Below, piece by piece: positions 11,840 through 21,896 of a stretch of 64,000 nucleotides of DNA (the first letter of the stretch is position 1; every line of letters begins with the position of its first letter). The stretch lies in the IMG/VR virus record IMGVR_UViG_3300021963_000025, positions 135,670 to 199,669 of that record; one strand, given 5' to 3'. The stretch comes from a virus (Duplodnaviria; Heunggongvirae; Uroviricota; Caudoviricetes). The position numbers and the translations under genes are program-made. The notes beneath the pieces were generated by a model that saw only the letters and a list, made by a program, of their open reading frames with translations, had not been told where the DNA came from and searched no databases.

Positions 11840-12469
11840 ATGGCAGCATATAGTGATGTATTAAACTTAATTAACAGTTTACTAGCAAGTGGAACTGATA
11901 TAACAGCAGCGGAACACAGACAGGTTGAAATTGCTCTATTAGATTTTGCAGAAAGTCAATGGTTAACAGGTGATATTAAAGAAATTGATTGCACAGATGC
12001 TTATATTGCAGCTAATTTTGAATCAACAGGTCCAAATAAAGGAAAAGGAATAATAGGAACTGAAAGAGAAGGATGGGCTATTTGTAATGGATATAATGGA
12101 ACAAGAAACCGAACAGGTAGAGTTTCAGTTGCATGGGGTGATGTAACTCCTCTAGGTACTGTAGGAGATGCTACAACTCAACCATCGATAGGAGCAGCAA
12201 TAAATACTCCAGTTATATCTGGTAAAAAAGACCATGTTTTATCAGTTAATGAGTTGCCAGCTCATAATCACGTTTTCCCAGGCGATGACCAATTAGCAGG
12301 TGCAAATAATATTGGTGGATGGACTAATAGAACAACTGCTAATTTTAATTATGATGCATCTTCAGGAGGTGGAGGTGGAAAAATCTATAAAACATCAGAC
12401 GCTGGAACTGGAACAGCGCATAATATTATGCAGCCATACATAGTTACCCTTTTTATCCAAAAACTATAG
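11840..12469 (+). CDS. Tail collar / baseplate short-fibre domain protein
   Basis: GDIKE...GWAICNG...HVLSVNELPAHNH...AHNIMQPYIVTLFIQKL, typical of phage tail-collar proteins. Confidence 0.75.
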   Translation: MAAYSDVLNLINSLLASGTDITAAEHRQVEIALLDFAESQWLTGDIKEIDCTDAYIAANFESTGPNKGKGIIGTEREGWAICNGYNGTRNRTGRVSVAWGDVTPLGTVGDATTQPSIGAAINTPVISGKKDHVLSVNELPAHNHVFPGDDQLAGANNIGGWTNRTTANFNYDASSGGGGGKIYKTSDAGTGTAHNIMQPYIVTLFIQKL

Positions 12470-12517
12470 TAGCATGCCTTCTAAAAATTAGAATATATAA
12501 TCTAAATATAGATAGGT

Positions 12518-14845
12518 ATGCCAATTACTCTCAAACATATAAACATTTCAGATTCTGACTCTATTAAACTTGACAAAGTCAATTTTAATTTTGATCAGTT
12601 GGTTGCAAACGGAGGAGGACCTCAAGGACCTCAAGGTTCTATTGGACAAAGTGGACCGCAAGGAACAACCGGGCAACAAGGTGTTCAAGGACCTATAGGA
12701 ACTACAGGATTTCAAGGACCTGAGGGTCCAGTTTCTGAAAATTACTGGAAAAGAATACTTCCTGGGGCTATTGATGCTGACACTATAATTCCTAAACATG
12801 TTTCAACTAATCAATTCTCTCCAGTTGTAAATATTGGATATATTGAAAATGATCCGCAATATGGAGCAAAATTACCATTAATTTCCGGAAAAACCCCATA
12901 TCAATGGTTGATTCATCGAAAACAATATTCAATTTCAAATTTAAGACTCTTAAATGACGATGTTCCAGGGAATGCTATTGATTTTAGAATAGAGAAACTT
13001 GCCGGAAAAGACCAATTAACTATAGGTTTTCTAGATTATGAAAAAGCGGTAAGTACTTATAAAGCATCTTCAACTCATTTTAGAGGTTCAAGTACTTCAC
13101 CGGATAGTTTGGTGGTTGATGATATTACTGTGACATTTAAAACAAATACGGAATTTAATTCTCCAGTTATTATTAAAGAGCAGTTATTTATTGAAAATGC
13201 AAATGCAGACACTGATAAAATTGCTACTTCAGAAGACGCAACAGGATTGGTTAAATTTAAAAGTGTACAAGAGCTTGGAGGAACAGTTCCTTATGGTACA
13301 ATAGTTTCAATATTACCTTCTATATTTGCGGATGATAATAATTTTGTTAATAATGAACAGTACTTTCCAGGTAATTCTTCACCAATATCAATATCGGTAG
13401 GTAAAGGTGTTAATGACTATGATGGATGGTATCTTTGTCATGGATATACCTGGACGGACGGTACTACTGATTATCTAGTTCCTATGTTAGGAAATTTTAA
13501 CTACTCTATCGATGATAATCCGTTTTCAACAGATCCATCAAGCCAAGGTTCTGCAAGTACTTCAAATTTTAGAACACATATTACTGGAGGTTCAGATATA
13601 GATATGATTGCTACTTCGGTTCCAACATTGGTTTATAATATTACAGCAACTGTAGAGACTTCAAGTGTTAATGTTGACCCTGGAACTGGAACAATTTTTA
13701 AAATTAAACAATTACCTCAAATTATTTATTTAGGTAGAAACGATTTATATTGGTTTGACCTGGGAACTGGACAGGCACCTTCAGTACCATTAACATGGTT
13801 ACTAGATGATGCAAACACAACTGCGTCAAAATTAAATCCAGATCCTTACTCATTAGGTACAATAAGTAATCAACCTGCAGGTGCTTCATATTTGTTTACG
13901 ACTGATGTTGAGGCCCCAAGCGGCTATTATTGGTCAACATTGCCAACTACCGGAGATATTGGAGGACTACCAGCATGGGCTACAGTTACTGGTATAACTT
14001 TAAGTTCTGGTACATATCCGACTACAATTAGTATAACAATTAATGTGAGTTCGCATCCAGCAGCTTCGCCAAATCCATCGCCAGAAACCATAAGTATTGA
14101 TACTTCTACTTTTATCAGTCCATCTGCAGCGACAATACAATTAGAAATGACTGGATCTCCTGGAAATACAACAGTAATATCTCCGCCATTTATTCAAAAT
14201 ATTAGTTACAATTTTGTAACTGGATATACTTATACAATAGTATGTAATGCAAATTCTGGATATTATTTTGCTCCAAACCCAGCAACAAGTATAACTTCAT
14301 TAGTTGGAGGAGCTACATATACTATAAATAGTGTAATATATTCAAATCCATTAACGATAGGGTATAGTACTCTAACGATTAATGTTACTATAACAGGAGT
14401 AACATTGGGAACTACTAATCTAACATACGGTTTAACTGTACCTGTTTTTGCAAGTGCACCTAAAATAACATATAACCCATCAGGATATACAATAGATGGT
14501 CCATCAATGGTTGGAGGTAGCTCTCTTAGTGTATCAAAAACAATTACTGTAGAAAATAATACAGGTGGAAATGTTTATATATGGGCAGGTATTAATCAGT
14601 TTTATACAGGTAGCGGAACAACAGCTTCAATTTCAGGAGGATATGAATCTTTAGGAGTTTTTAACTTACCAGTTTCTGCTAGTACAACAACATCATATTA
14701 CTATAGCACCTCTTCAAAACTATTATCGAATGGACAATCAGTTATTGCTAATTTATATAGAGCGGCGACTACAGATTCACATCACACTGTACAATTATGG
14801 TGGTCTAGTACTATTGGAGGAACAAAACAAATTATAACCACTTAA
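12518..14845 (+). CDS. Tail fibre-like paralogue with collagen repeat and Ser/Thr-rich C-terminal domains
   Basis: GPQGPQGSIGQSGPQGTTGQQGVQGPIG; GTIVSILPS; GWYLCHG; LPQIIYLG. Confidence 0.7.
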   Translation: MPITLKHINISDSDSIKLDKVNFNFDQLVANGGGPQGPQGSIGQSGPQGTTGQQGVQGPIGTTGFQGPEGPVSENYWKRILPGAIDADTIIPKHVSTNQFSPVVNIGYIENDPQYGAKLPLISGKTPYQWLIHRKQYSISNLRLLNDDVPGNAIDFRIEKLAGKDQLTIGFLDYEKAVSTYKASSTHFRGSSTSPDSLVVDDITVTFKTNTEFNSPVIIKEQLFIENANADTDKIATSEDATGLVKFKSVQELGGTVPYGTIVSILPSIFADDNNFVNNEQYFPGNSSPISISVGKGVNDYDGWYLCHGYTWTDGTTDYLVPMLGNFNYSIDDNPFSTDPSSQGSASTSNFRTHITGGSDIDMIATSVPTLVYNITATVETSSVNVDPGTGTIFKIKQLPQIIYLGRNDLYWFDLGTGQAPSVPLTWLLDDANTTASKLNPDPYSLGTISNQPAGASYLFTTDVEAPSGYYWSTLPTTGDIGGLPAWATVTGITLSSGTYPTTISITINVSSHPAASPNPSPETISIDTSTFISPSAATIQLEMTGSPGNTTVISPPFIQNISYNFVTGYTYTIVCNANSGYYFAPNPATSITSLVGGATYTINSVIYSNPLTIGYSTLTINVTITGVTLGTTNLTYGLTVPVFASAPKITYNPSGYTIDGPSMVGGSSLSVSKTITVENNTGGNVYIWAGINQFYTGSGTTASISGGYESLGVFNLPVSASTTTSYYYSTSSKLLSNGQSVIANLYRAATTDSHHTVQLWWSSTIGGTKQIITT

Positions 14846-14847
14846 CC

Positions 14848-15663
14848 ATGATAGATTTTAAAAAATATATACCGACAAACCGAAACATTATCCTATTTGG
14901 AGCCCTAGTAATATTAGTTTTATTGCTAATGCAACAATGTGATAGAAATGCAACCCTTAAAGGTGAGGTTGAAACTGCTCAATCAATTGCAACCCGAAAT
15001 TTTAACAATTATAAAGCATCTCAAGATACTATAAAATTTGAAAGAAACCGAAATGGAGATTTGGTTGCTATTAAATTAGCATACGAATTTGATATTAATA
15101 CACTAACTGCTGAAAATAAAAGAGTTATTGCCGATTATCAAAAAGCATTGGGACTTAACAAAGACCTTAAAGGTGTAAATTCACTCTTAAGAGCTGAAAT
15201 AAAAGTAAAAGATTCGATTATTAATGCCCGAAGTTCAGTTGCAACTACAAGTGATTCAACTGCAACAATTACCATTAGTGATGAAAAAAATTGGGATAAA
15301 TATAATTGGAGAAAGTTTAATGGAACGGTCGACCTTTTAAGAAATAAAAAGACTAATAACATTAGTGTTGTTTCAAATAAATTTAACTTTGAGCAAGGAA
15401 TTGAACTTAAGGCCGCAATTATAAACGAAGAGGGTGTTAACAAATTAAAAATTACATCACCGTCTCCTGGAGTTCTATTTACTAACATTGAAAATATTAA
15501 TTTAGTTAACGATAAACTGAACCAAAAACAAGAACAAAGATCAGGATGGTCAGTTGGAGTTGGAGTTGGTTATGGAATTAACTTAAACAATAATCAAGTA
15601 ATTAGTGTTGGACCATCGATAAACGTTGGAATTATGTGGTCTCCAAAATGGCTTAGGTTTTAA
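14848..15663 (+). CDS. Membrane-anchored coiled-coil protein, spanin-like candidate
   Basis: N-terminal hydrophobic helix (IILFGALVILVLLLMQQC), coiled coil, C-terminal amphipathic beta strands (GWSVGVGVGYG) ending in Phe. Confidence 0.4.
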   Translation: MIDFKKYIPTNRNIILFGALVILVLLLMQQCDRNATLKGEVETAQSIATRNFNNYKASQDTIKFERNRNGDLVAIKLAYEFDINTLTAENKRVIADYQKALGLNKDLKGVNSLLRAEIKVKDSIINARSSVATTSDSTATITISDEKNWDKYNWRKFNGTVDLLRNKKTNNISVVSNKFNFEQGIELKAAIINEEGVNKLKITSPSPGVLFTNIENINLVNDKLNQKQEQRSGWSVGVGVGYGINLNNNQVISVGPSINVGIMWSPKWLRF

Positions 15664-15677
15664 AAAATTATAAAGTA

Positions 15678-17744
15678 ATGGCAAAATCATCAAGATTCGT
15701 CAAGTTAGACGAAGACATATTATTAGAATTTATTTATCATGACCAATCGCAACCTGATTTGGTCAAAATTGAAAATGACAATAATGGAAGTCAAATCAAG
15801 TATTTAGATACAGTTGATGGTGATGAAAGTGCTTCAAGATTTTTAATGCATGAGCTTGGAGCTGATGTTGTTGAATTTAAAGTGACGACTTCAAATGGAT
15901 TTGTTGTTATTAATAATTTTGCTTCAAGATTATTACTCTTAAAAAATGGAAGTACTTATAAATTTGACTTAAATGATATTACTGGAACTCTAGATAACCC
16001 TGCTGGATTTAATATTCCTGGAGGAAATGGTTACCTATCGGGAACCACTTATATTTATACGCCAACTACTAATGGTAAATATGGTTATGAATATACAAAT
16101 TTAGCAGGTACACAATTTGCTGGAGGAGAAATCCAAGTTTCAGACCGTGCAAGTTCACTATTCTCAGTTCCAGTAGCAGACACTGGAAATGATATTAGAA
16201 CCGGTGCTGGACAGTCTGGAAGATATTACGCAGTTCCTACTGCTGAGGCCGGAACATGGGCTCTTCTTGAAAATGATTTAGATTATTTAGATTCAACTGA
16301 ATGGTTAGGAACCCCTTCGAATGATTTACAACCAGTTTTAGTTGGAGATGTTCAAGCGGTATGGTATGACACTATTAAATTACACTTAAGAACGGGTTAC
16401 TCATTTAATGGTAGAGGTTATGATGGATTCTTATTTCAAACAAAGGTAAAAAGAAACTCCGGAATCTATAGTTATTTTAATTCAACAGTTTATTTAAACT
16501 CTTCAAGTTTTGAAATTCAAAATCCAAATCCATTTATATTAGGTGAATCTTCATATTCTAAGTACATTGAAATCAAGGTACCTTCACTAGTTGATATGTT
16601 TTCTCCTACAACAAATAAAGAATTTAAAGATACATTTTTTGCGGCGACCGGAGTAAATGATATTCCAACAACTGCAAACTATGAGTTTGATTTTAAATTG
16701 ATTGATAGTGTAGTTACTCTTGGAGGTTATAATTACATAAATGTTGCAGAAGGAAAATCATTAACACTATCCCAAGAGGATGAGTATACTGATATTGCAG
16801 TTAACGTTGAACATGCTACTGATGGAGACTATTTTAAAATCTACGGAACGTACAATGGAAATCAAGCAACGTTTGAAAACTATATAACTGGTAGAATTGC
16901 AACTTCGGGAGATGATATTACAGTGTTTTATGAGGTTCAAGTTGCAGAGCAATTGGGTCTTAATTATATTAATACGTTCAATAATACCTTTACGCAAACT
17001 TCGAATTATGATGAGGCAATTGTATTCAGACCGGTTATTTTAAATTCTTCAGTATCAAGTAACTTCTTGTTATCTGTTAATATGAGAATTTATAATGAAA
17101 CTGATAATACTCAAATCGTAAAGACAGCTTCTTTGATTTATGCTCAACCTAAAAAGTATGGTAAAAAATTACTGAAACTAGCTCTTAATTCAAATTTTGC
17201 ACCAAGTGTAGTATTTAATACCTTACCAAATACCAGTGTTAACAGAGAGATTAATCAATTTGTAAATTCTATCAGACCTAGTGTTGGAGAAACTAAATAC
17301 GTTCCAGTTGCATTAGATACTTATAGAATTATGGGAGGAAGTACGGCAGTTACAGTTGATGGAGCTGCAGTAAATGATGTAACTTCAATGGATTACAAAA
17401 AAGAGGGAGATGGAATCATAACACTTTCAAAAGTTTCTGATAATTATATCAAGTTTAAAGTTGCCCAACCTGACGGAGATTCTATGAAGAGTATAAGTCT
17501 AGTAAATGCAGAGGATTTGGTTCTTATTATTAAAAGTGGAACAATTGAACAACAAATATCTCATGACCCTAGCTTTCCAGGAGTAGACCTTGGAGTTGGA
17601 GAAGTTTTCTTTAAAGTGCCAAAAAGCGTAGCAGTTCGATTTGACCAAAGCGATACAAATCAAAATGCAGACAAATTTTATATTAACATCAAAAACGGAA
17701 GTACAGAATCCTTATTGTACTACGGAACAGTAAACATCATATAA
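15678..17744 (+). CDS. Virion structural protein (688 aa)
   Basis: Beta-rich ORF in the tail block, translationally coupled to the next gene (TAATG). Confidence 0.45.
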   Translation: MAKSSRFVKLDEDILLEFIYHDQSQPDLVKIENDNNGSQIKYLDTVDGDESASRFLMHELGADVVEFKVTTSNGFVVINNFASRLLLLKNGSTYKFDLNDITGTLDNPAGFNIPGGNGYLSGTTYIYTPTTNGKYGYEYTNLAGTQFAGGEIQVSDRASSLFSVPVADTGNDIRTGAGQSGRYYAVPTAEAGTWALLENDLDYLDSTEWLGTPSNDLQPVLVGDVQAVWYDTIKLHLRTGYSFNGRGYDGFLFQTKVKRNSGIYSYFNSTVYLNSSSFEIQNPNPFILGESSYSKYIEIKVPSLVDMFSPTTNKEFKDTFFAATGVNDIPTTANYEFDFKLIDSVVTLGGYNYINVAEGKSLTLSQEDEYTDIAVNVEHATDGDYFKIYGTYNGNQATFENYITGRIATSGDDITVFYEVQVAEQLGLNYINTFNNTFTQTSNYDEAIVFRPVILNSSVSSNFLLSVNMRIYNETDNTQIVKTASLIYAQPKKYGKKLLKLALNSNFAPSVVFNTLPNTSVNREINQFVNSIRPSVGETKYVPVALDTYRIMGGSTAVTVDGAAVNDVTSMDYKKEGDGIITLSKVSDNYIKFKVAQPDGDSMKSISLVNAEDLVLIIKSGTIEQQISHDPSFPGVDLGVGEVFFKVPKSVAVRFDQSDTNQNADKFYINIKNGSTESLLYYGTVNII

Positions 17745-18298
17745 TGATATTAAATAGTAGAAATAATTTATTCAATTTTAAGTTTCCTAGGACTTTTATT
17801 CCTAAGGAGGTAGCTGACAAATACAGAAAGTATTTGAATAGACTTCCAGGTAATTTAATTACCGAACCTATCGATTTTGTAAATTATTCAATTCAAGGAG
17901 TTGGACTTCCTGGAATTAGTTTTGACCCAATTGAAGTTGCACCAAATGACGGTACAATAACATATCATAGAGGTTCGATTCCGATACAGAATACAATCGA
18001 TAGACAGTTCAAAGTAACAATGCAACTTCTAGATGGTTATATAAATTATTGGATTATGCAGGACACCCTACTATATTATTATTCGAAAGGCGTTAAAGAC
18101 CCATTCATTAATGATATTAAACTACAAATAATGGATGCCGAAGGAATTCACCTTATGAGTGCTGTTTTTGAGAAACCTATACTTAATTCAATTTCAGACT
18201 TGGAATTAAATATGAGTTCAAATATTGCTGAATTTACAACGTTTGAACTGAACTTTTATTATAATAAATTCGACATAACATTAGAAATAGATAATTGA
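17744..18298 (+). CDS. Tail tube-fold protein (T4 gp3/gp19-like)
   Basis: IQGVGLPGIS...FKVTMQLLDGYINYW...SISDLEL...FELNFYY pattern of the tail tube/terminator family. Confidence 0.55.
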   Translation: MILNSRNNLFNFKFPRTFIPKEVADKYRKYLNRLPGNLITEPIDFVNYSIQGVGLPGISFDPIEVAPNDGTITYHRGSIPIQNTIDRQFKVTMQLLDGYINYWIMQDTLLYYYSKGVKDPFINDIKLQIMDAEGIHLMSAVFEKPILNSISDLELNMSSNIAEFTTFELNFYYNKFDITLEIDN

Positions 18299-18302
18299 TA
18301 AT

Positions 18303-18671
18303 ATGAAAACATTTTTAGATTATATTGCTGAGCAAAACATAACTGAGACTGAACTACAAGTATTAAACGAGTCCCTTCAAACAGAATGGACCGAAGAGCT
18401 TGAAGCAAAGGTTGACGCGGCTCTAGAGCAATTTTCAAAGACATATAAAAATGAGGACGGATCTTATAATATCCAGGCTTTCAATGATGAAATTACTAAT
18501 GAAGGAGTTTTAGGTAGTATCTTCGGAGGACTAGCAGGTTTTGCACTTGGTAAAACTGTTGGTAAAACGATTGCTAATATCCTAGGAATCCAAAGTGGTA
18601 TAATGTATGACATGTTAACTTCAAGACTAGTAGGAGCCGCTCTTGGTTCTTCTCTTGGTAAAAATCTATAA
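18303..18671 (+). CDS. Small internal head protein with CTS-like N-terminus and Gly-rich hydrophobic C-terminus
   Basis: MKTFLDYIAE resembles T4 internal-protein CTS MKTYQEFIAE; GVLGSIFGGLAGFALG. Confidence 0.5.
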   Translation: MKTFLDYIAEQNITETELQVLNESLQTEWTEELEAKVDAALEQFSKTYKNEDGSYNIQAFNDEITNEGVLGSIFGGLAGFALGKTVGKTIANILGIQSGIMYDMLTSRLVGAALGSSLGKNL

Positions 18672-19328
18672 ATGAATTTCGTAACAATTGACTTTTCTTT
18701 AAATTCCCCAGGAATTTGTATCTTCTCAGGTAATCAATATTTTTTTATTGGGTATTTAAAACCTGGAACAGGCACCAAAGCCGAACAAAAAATCCAAGAG
18801 GAATTACACTTACTTCAAGACACTCAGATCCACGATCAGCCGGATTGGACGAATAACGAGGCCTATTCGAAGAGTGAGATGATTAAGATTCAGCGCCACA
18901 CTCGAACTGCAAAGGATATTATTGATATGATTATTGAAATTATAGGCGATGATTCTCAGGTTGTGATTGCTTTTGAAGGCTCCTCTTATGGTTCTTCAGG
19001 TGGAACTAATAATATTATTGATATGGCGGCTGGAGCTGCAATCTTAAAGATGGAATTAATGTCGAGGCTTAAAGTCCATGACATGATGACTGTCGCACCT
19101 TCAACCATTAAGAAGCATGCTGGAAAGGGTAATATGAAGAAGGATGAACTTTGGGTTAAATTCCTGGATAACGTTTTAAACGATTCAGCGCTTGAAAACT
19201 CGTCACTGCTTAAATACTGTAAAACCAACATCGGAGAGACTAAAAAAGTCCCTAAGCCCTTAGATGATTTGGTGGATGCCTATTTTTTAAACCACTTAGC
19301 TCGGAACTTATTTTACCCGGAGGCTTAA
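18672..19328 (+). CDS. RuvC-like Holliday junction resolvase
   Basis: TIDFSLNSPG, IAFEG, APSTIKKHAGKGNMKKD, DDLVDAY motifs. Confidence 0.8.
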   Translation: MNFVTIDFSLNSPGICIFSGNQYFFIGYLKPGTGTKAEQKIQEELHLLQDTQIHDQPDWTNNEAYSKSEMIKIQRHTRTAKDIIDMIIEIIGDDSQVVIAFEGSSYGSSGGTNNIIDMAAGAAILKMELMSRLKVHDMMTVAPSTIKKHAGKGNMKKDELWVKFLDNVLNDSALENSSLLKYCKTNIGETKKVPKPLDDLVDAYFLNHLARNLFYPEA

Positions 19329-19336
19329 AGACATAA

Positions 19337-19367
19337 GTTATATTCAATGTTTCAGTTTTTGTTTCAA
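19337..19367 (-). promoter_or_regulatory. Reverse-oriented TTGAAAC-N18-TATAAC promoter-like element
   Basis: Reverse complement reads TTGAAACaaaaactgaaacattgaaTATAAC, matching the forward motif class. Confidence 0.45.
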
Positions 19368-19455
19368 AAATCTTAAAATATTTTTTAAGAAGGTAAATTT
19401 GTGTCTCCAGGGTAAGCTACCCCTAATAAAAAAGATATATAATTAATATAGATTC

Positions 19456-19485
19456 TTGAAACAAAAAAGAAAGTTTCTATATAAC
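19456..19485 (+). promoter_or_regulatory. Putative early/middle promoter TTGAAAC-N17-TATAAC
   Basis: Upstream of SSB; same spacing at several other loci. Confidence 0.65.
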
Positions 19486-19558
19486 TATCATAAGTAATTA
19501 AAGGGCCCTTAAGACTTATTAAATTAAAGTTTAAACAAAAATTAAAGCAATTAAAGAC

Positions 19559-20482
19559 ATGGCAGAATTTGACATTTTTAATCTTGGCGTAAATGACGTC
19601 GAAACACACGAAACCCAAGCTTCATCTGGAAGCGATCTTTACAAACCTACCGCAGATGACGGTAAGGATGGAACTTATAAAGCAATGATTCGCTTTGTTC
19701 CTAACCCAACAAACCCACGAAACTCTTTAGTGAAAAAATACGTACATTGGTTAACTAATGCCAATGGTGACGGTAAAATGGTAGATTCTCCATCAACAGT
19801 TGGAGCACCATGCCCTATCGCAGACGTATTCTTTAAGTTACGTAAAAGTGACTCAGCAGTTGACCGTAAAATGAGTGAAAAACTTAAAAGACGTGAGCAA
19901 TACTTTGCACTTATTAAAATTATTAAAGACCCACAAAATCCTGAATTAGAAGGTCAATACAAAGTTTTCAAATTTGGTTACAAAATCAAAGAGAAAATCG
20001 ATGAGGAATTAAAACCAGCATTTGGTGAGCCAACTCAAGTATTTGACTTATTTGCAGGTAAAAACTTCGAATTGATTATTACTCGTCAAGGAGATTTCAA
20101 CAACTACGATAAATCTAAATTCTCTTCTAAAACTTCACCTATTGAGGTTGAAGGTAAAGCAGCGACTAGAACTCCTGAAGCGATGAAAGCTATTAAAACT
20201 GAGTTGGAAGCAGCTCCAAGTTTAGAGCCATACGAATACAAAGCATGGGACGGAGAAACTCTTGATTTTGTTAATTCTATTCTTAGAAATTACTTAAATC
20301 CTGGAAGCTCAATAGATTCAGTTGTTAACAAACCTGCTGCTAAAAAAGCACCAGCGAAATCTGAACCAGTTGCAGAAGCTAATGACTTTGAATTCCCAGC
20401 CGACATGGTAGGAAATCCAGACTCTACGAATGTAGATTCTTCAGATGACTTAGATTCATTCTTGAACGACTTAGATATTTAA
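19559..20482 (+). CDS. gp32: Single-stranded DNA-binding protein (T4 gp32-like)
   Basis: AMIRFVP, CPI, KDPQNPELEGQYKVFKFGYKIKEKI, FDLFAGKNF, NYDKSKF, acidic tail DDLDSFLNDLDI. Confidence 0.92.
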   Translation: MAEFDIFNLGVNDVETHETQASSGSDLYKPTADDGKDGTYKAMIRFVPNPTNPRNSLVKKYVHWLTNANGDGKMVDSPSTVGAPCPIADVFFKLRKSDSAVDRKMSEKLKRREQYFALIKIIKDPQNPELEGQYKVFKFGYKIKEKIDEELKPAFGEPTQVFDLFAGKNFELIITRQGDFNNYDKSKFSSKTSPIEVEGKAATRTPEAMKAIKTELEAAPSLEPYEYKAWDGETLDFVNSILRNYLNPGSSIDSVVNKPAAKKAPAKSEPVAEANDFEFPADMVGNPDSTNVDSSDDLDSFLNDLDI

Positions 20483-20503
20483 TCTAAAGTTATTTTATAA
20501 ATT

Positions 20504-20533
20504 AAAGGGCTAATTAAACTTAGCCCTTTTTTT
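20504..20533 (+). terminator. Rho-independent terminator
   Basis: AAAGGGCTAA/TTAGCCCTTT stem plus T-run. Confidence 0.8.
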
Positions 20534-20545
20534 CTATATAATAGT

Positions 20546-21670
20546 ATGCAGAGTCAAAAAATCACAGAAGATTTAAAGATAAAAATCAGAAGCTTGGTAA
20601 AACAAGCAATTGTAAAAGCTCATAGTGAGCCAAGCAAGCATATGATTAAAGAGATGCCGGGTAGAATTACGATGGCATGCCCCTATTGTGGTGACTCGAC
20701 GACTGACCATAAAAAGAAGAGAGGAAATCTCTACTGGGACACATTACAATTCCACTGCTTTAACTGTGGAGTCCACTCAAATGCATATCAATTATTAAAA
20801 GACCATCATGTAAAATTCCAAAGTACCGATGATTCTATCCAAGTTATTGATTACATTCAAGAACACAAGATGGAAACAAATGAAATCGAAGTACTTGAGC
20901 ATGATGTGTTTAAATTGACCTATGATATGGCTCCTACCAGAGCTGAACTTATGGAATGGTTTAAATTTAAAGAGGTCGAACCTGGAGACCCTGCATTTTT
21001 CTATCTTAAGAATAGATTGTTATCCCAACAAATGCATCGATTTATGTACTCTCCTAAAGACAAAAGAATTGTGGTTCTCAATGTTGCACCAAATAACAAG
21101 GTTATCGGTTTCCAAACCCGTTCTATCGACAAGCGTTCTAATTCTCGTTATTTAACTTATGACCTTGAAAAGATATATCAAGAGACTCAACGAGAGATTG
21201 TGCTGACTGAAGAAGAGTTGGTAGGCGTTAAGAAACTTTCAACACTTTTTGGTGTAATGATCGTTGACTTTGAACGTGATGTTACGATGTTCGAAGGACC
21301 TATTGATGCAATGTTCATGCAAAATTCTATTGGATTGGCGACTGCAGGTCGTTCAACTCTTGAATTTGATGAGATACCTACAATTAGATATATGTTTGAT
21401 AATGATACTACCGGAAAAAAGAAGATGATGGAGAAGATTAAAAGAGGCAAACAAATATTCACTTGGGAAAAGTTCTTTAAAGATACTAAAATTGACGAAG
21501 ACTGGGAAAAGTTTCTCCAAAAATTGGACAAAGATGAAAGAGATAAATATCCTAAACATATAGGTGATTTAAACGATTTAGTAATCGCGTCGTGGCTAAC
21601 TAAAAATAAATGCTTAGCCCAAATTCAAAAATATTTTACTAACTCCAGGCTAGATGCATATTACCTATGA
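20546..21670 (+). CDS. gp61: DNA primase (T4 gp61-like)
   Basis: Zn finger CPYCGDS...FHCFNCG; TOPRIM FEGPIDAMF and FDND; GDLND. Confidence 0.9.
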   Translation: MQSQKITEDLKIKIRSLVKQAIVKAHSEPSKHMIKEMPGRITMACPYCGDSTTDHKKKRGNLYWDTLQFHCFNCGVHSNAYQLLKDHHVKFQSTDDSIQVIDYIQEHKMETNEIEVLEHDVFKLTYDMAPTRAELMEWFKFKEVEPGDPAFFYLKNRLLSQQMHRFMYSPKDKRIVVLNVAPNNKVIGFQTRSIDKRSNSRYLTYDLEKIYQETQREIVLTEEELVGVKKLSTLFGVMIVDFERDVTMFEGPIDAMFMQNSIGLATAGRSTLEFDEIPTIRYMFDNDTTGKKKMMEKIKRGKQIFTWEKFFKDTKIDEDWEKFLQKLDKDERDKYPKHIGDLNDLVIASWLTKNKCLAQIQKYFTNSRLDAYYL

Positions 21671-21885
21671 TAAAAATAGACTTTTTAAAAATGATCGATC
21701 AGGAATTCGAAGATTTTGAAAATGAAAAAAACAAAAGAAAGAATATTAAAATGATGTTAGATTTTAACTCATCAAAATATTCACACAACACAAAAGAATT
21801 TAAAATGACCAAGCCAAAATTAAAGGCAAAGTTAAAAAGTTCAGTATTCATTAAGGAAAACAATAAAGGAAATTCACTTTTTTAA
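21667..21885 (+). CDS. Hypothetical protein
   Basis: ATGA-type overlap with primase; fills the gap to uvsY. Confidence 0.5.
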   Translation: MIKIDFLKMIDQEFEDFENEKNKRKNIKMMLDFNSSKYSHNTKEFKMTKPKLKAKLKSSVFIKENNKGNSLF

Positions 21886-21896
21886 AAGCATCATAT

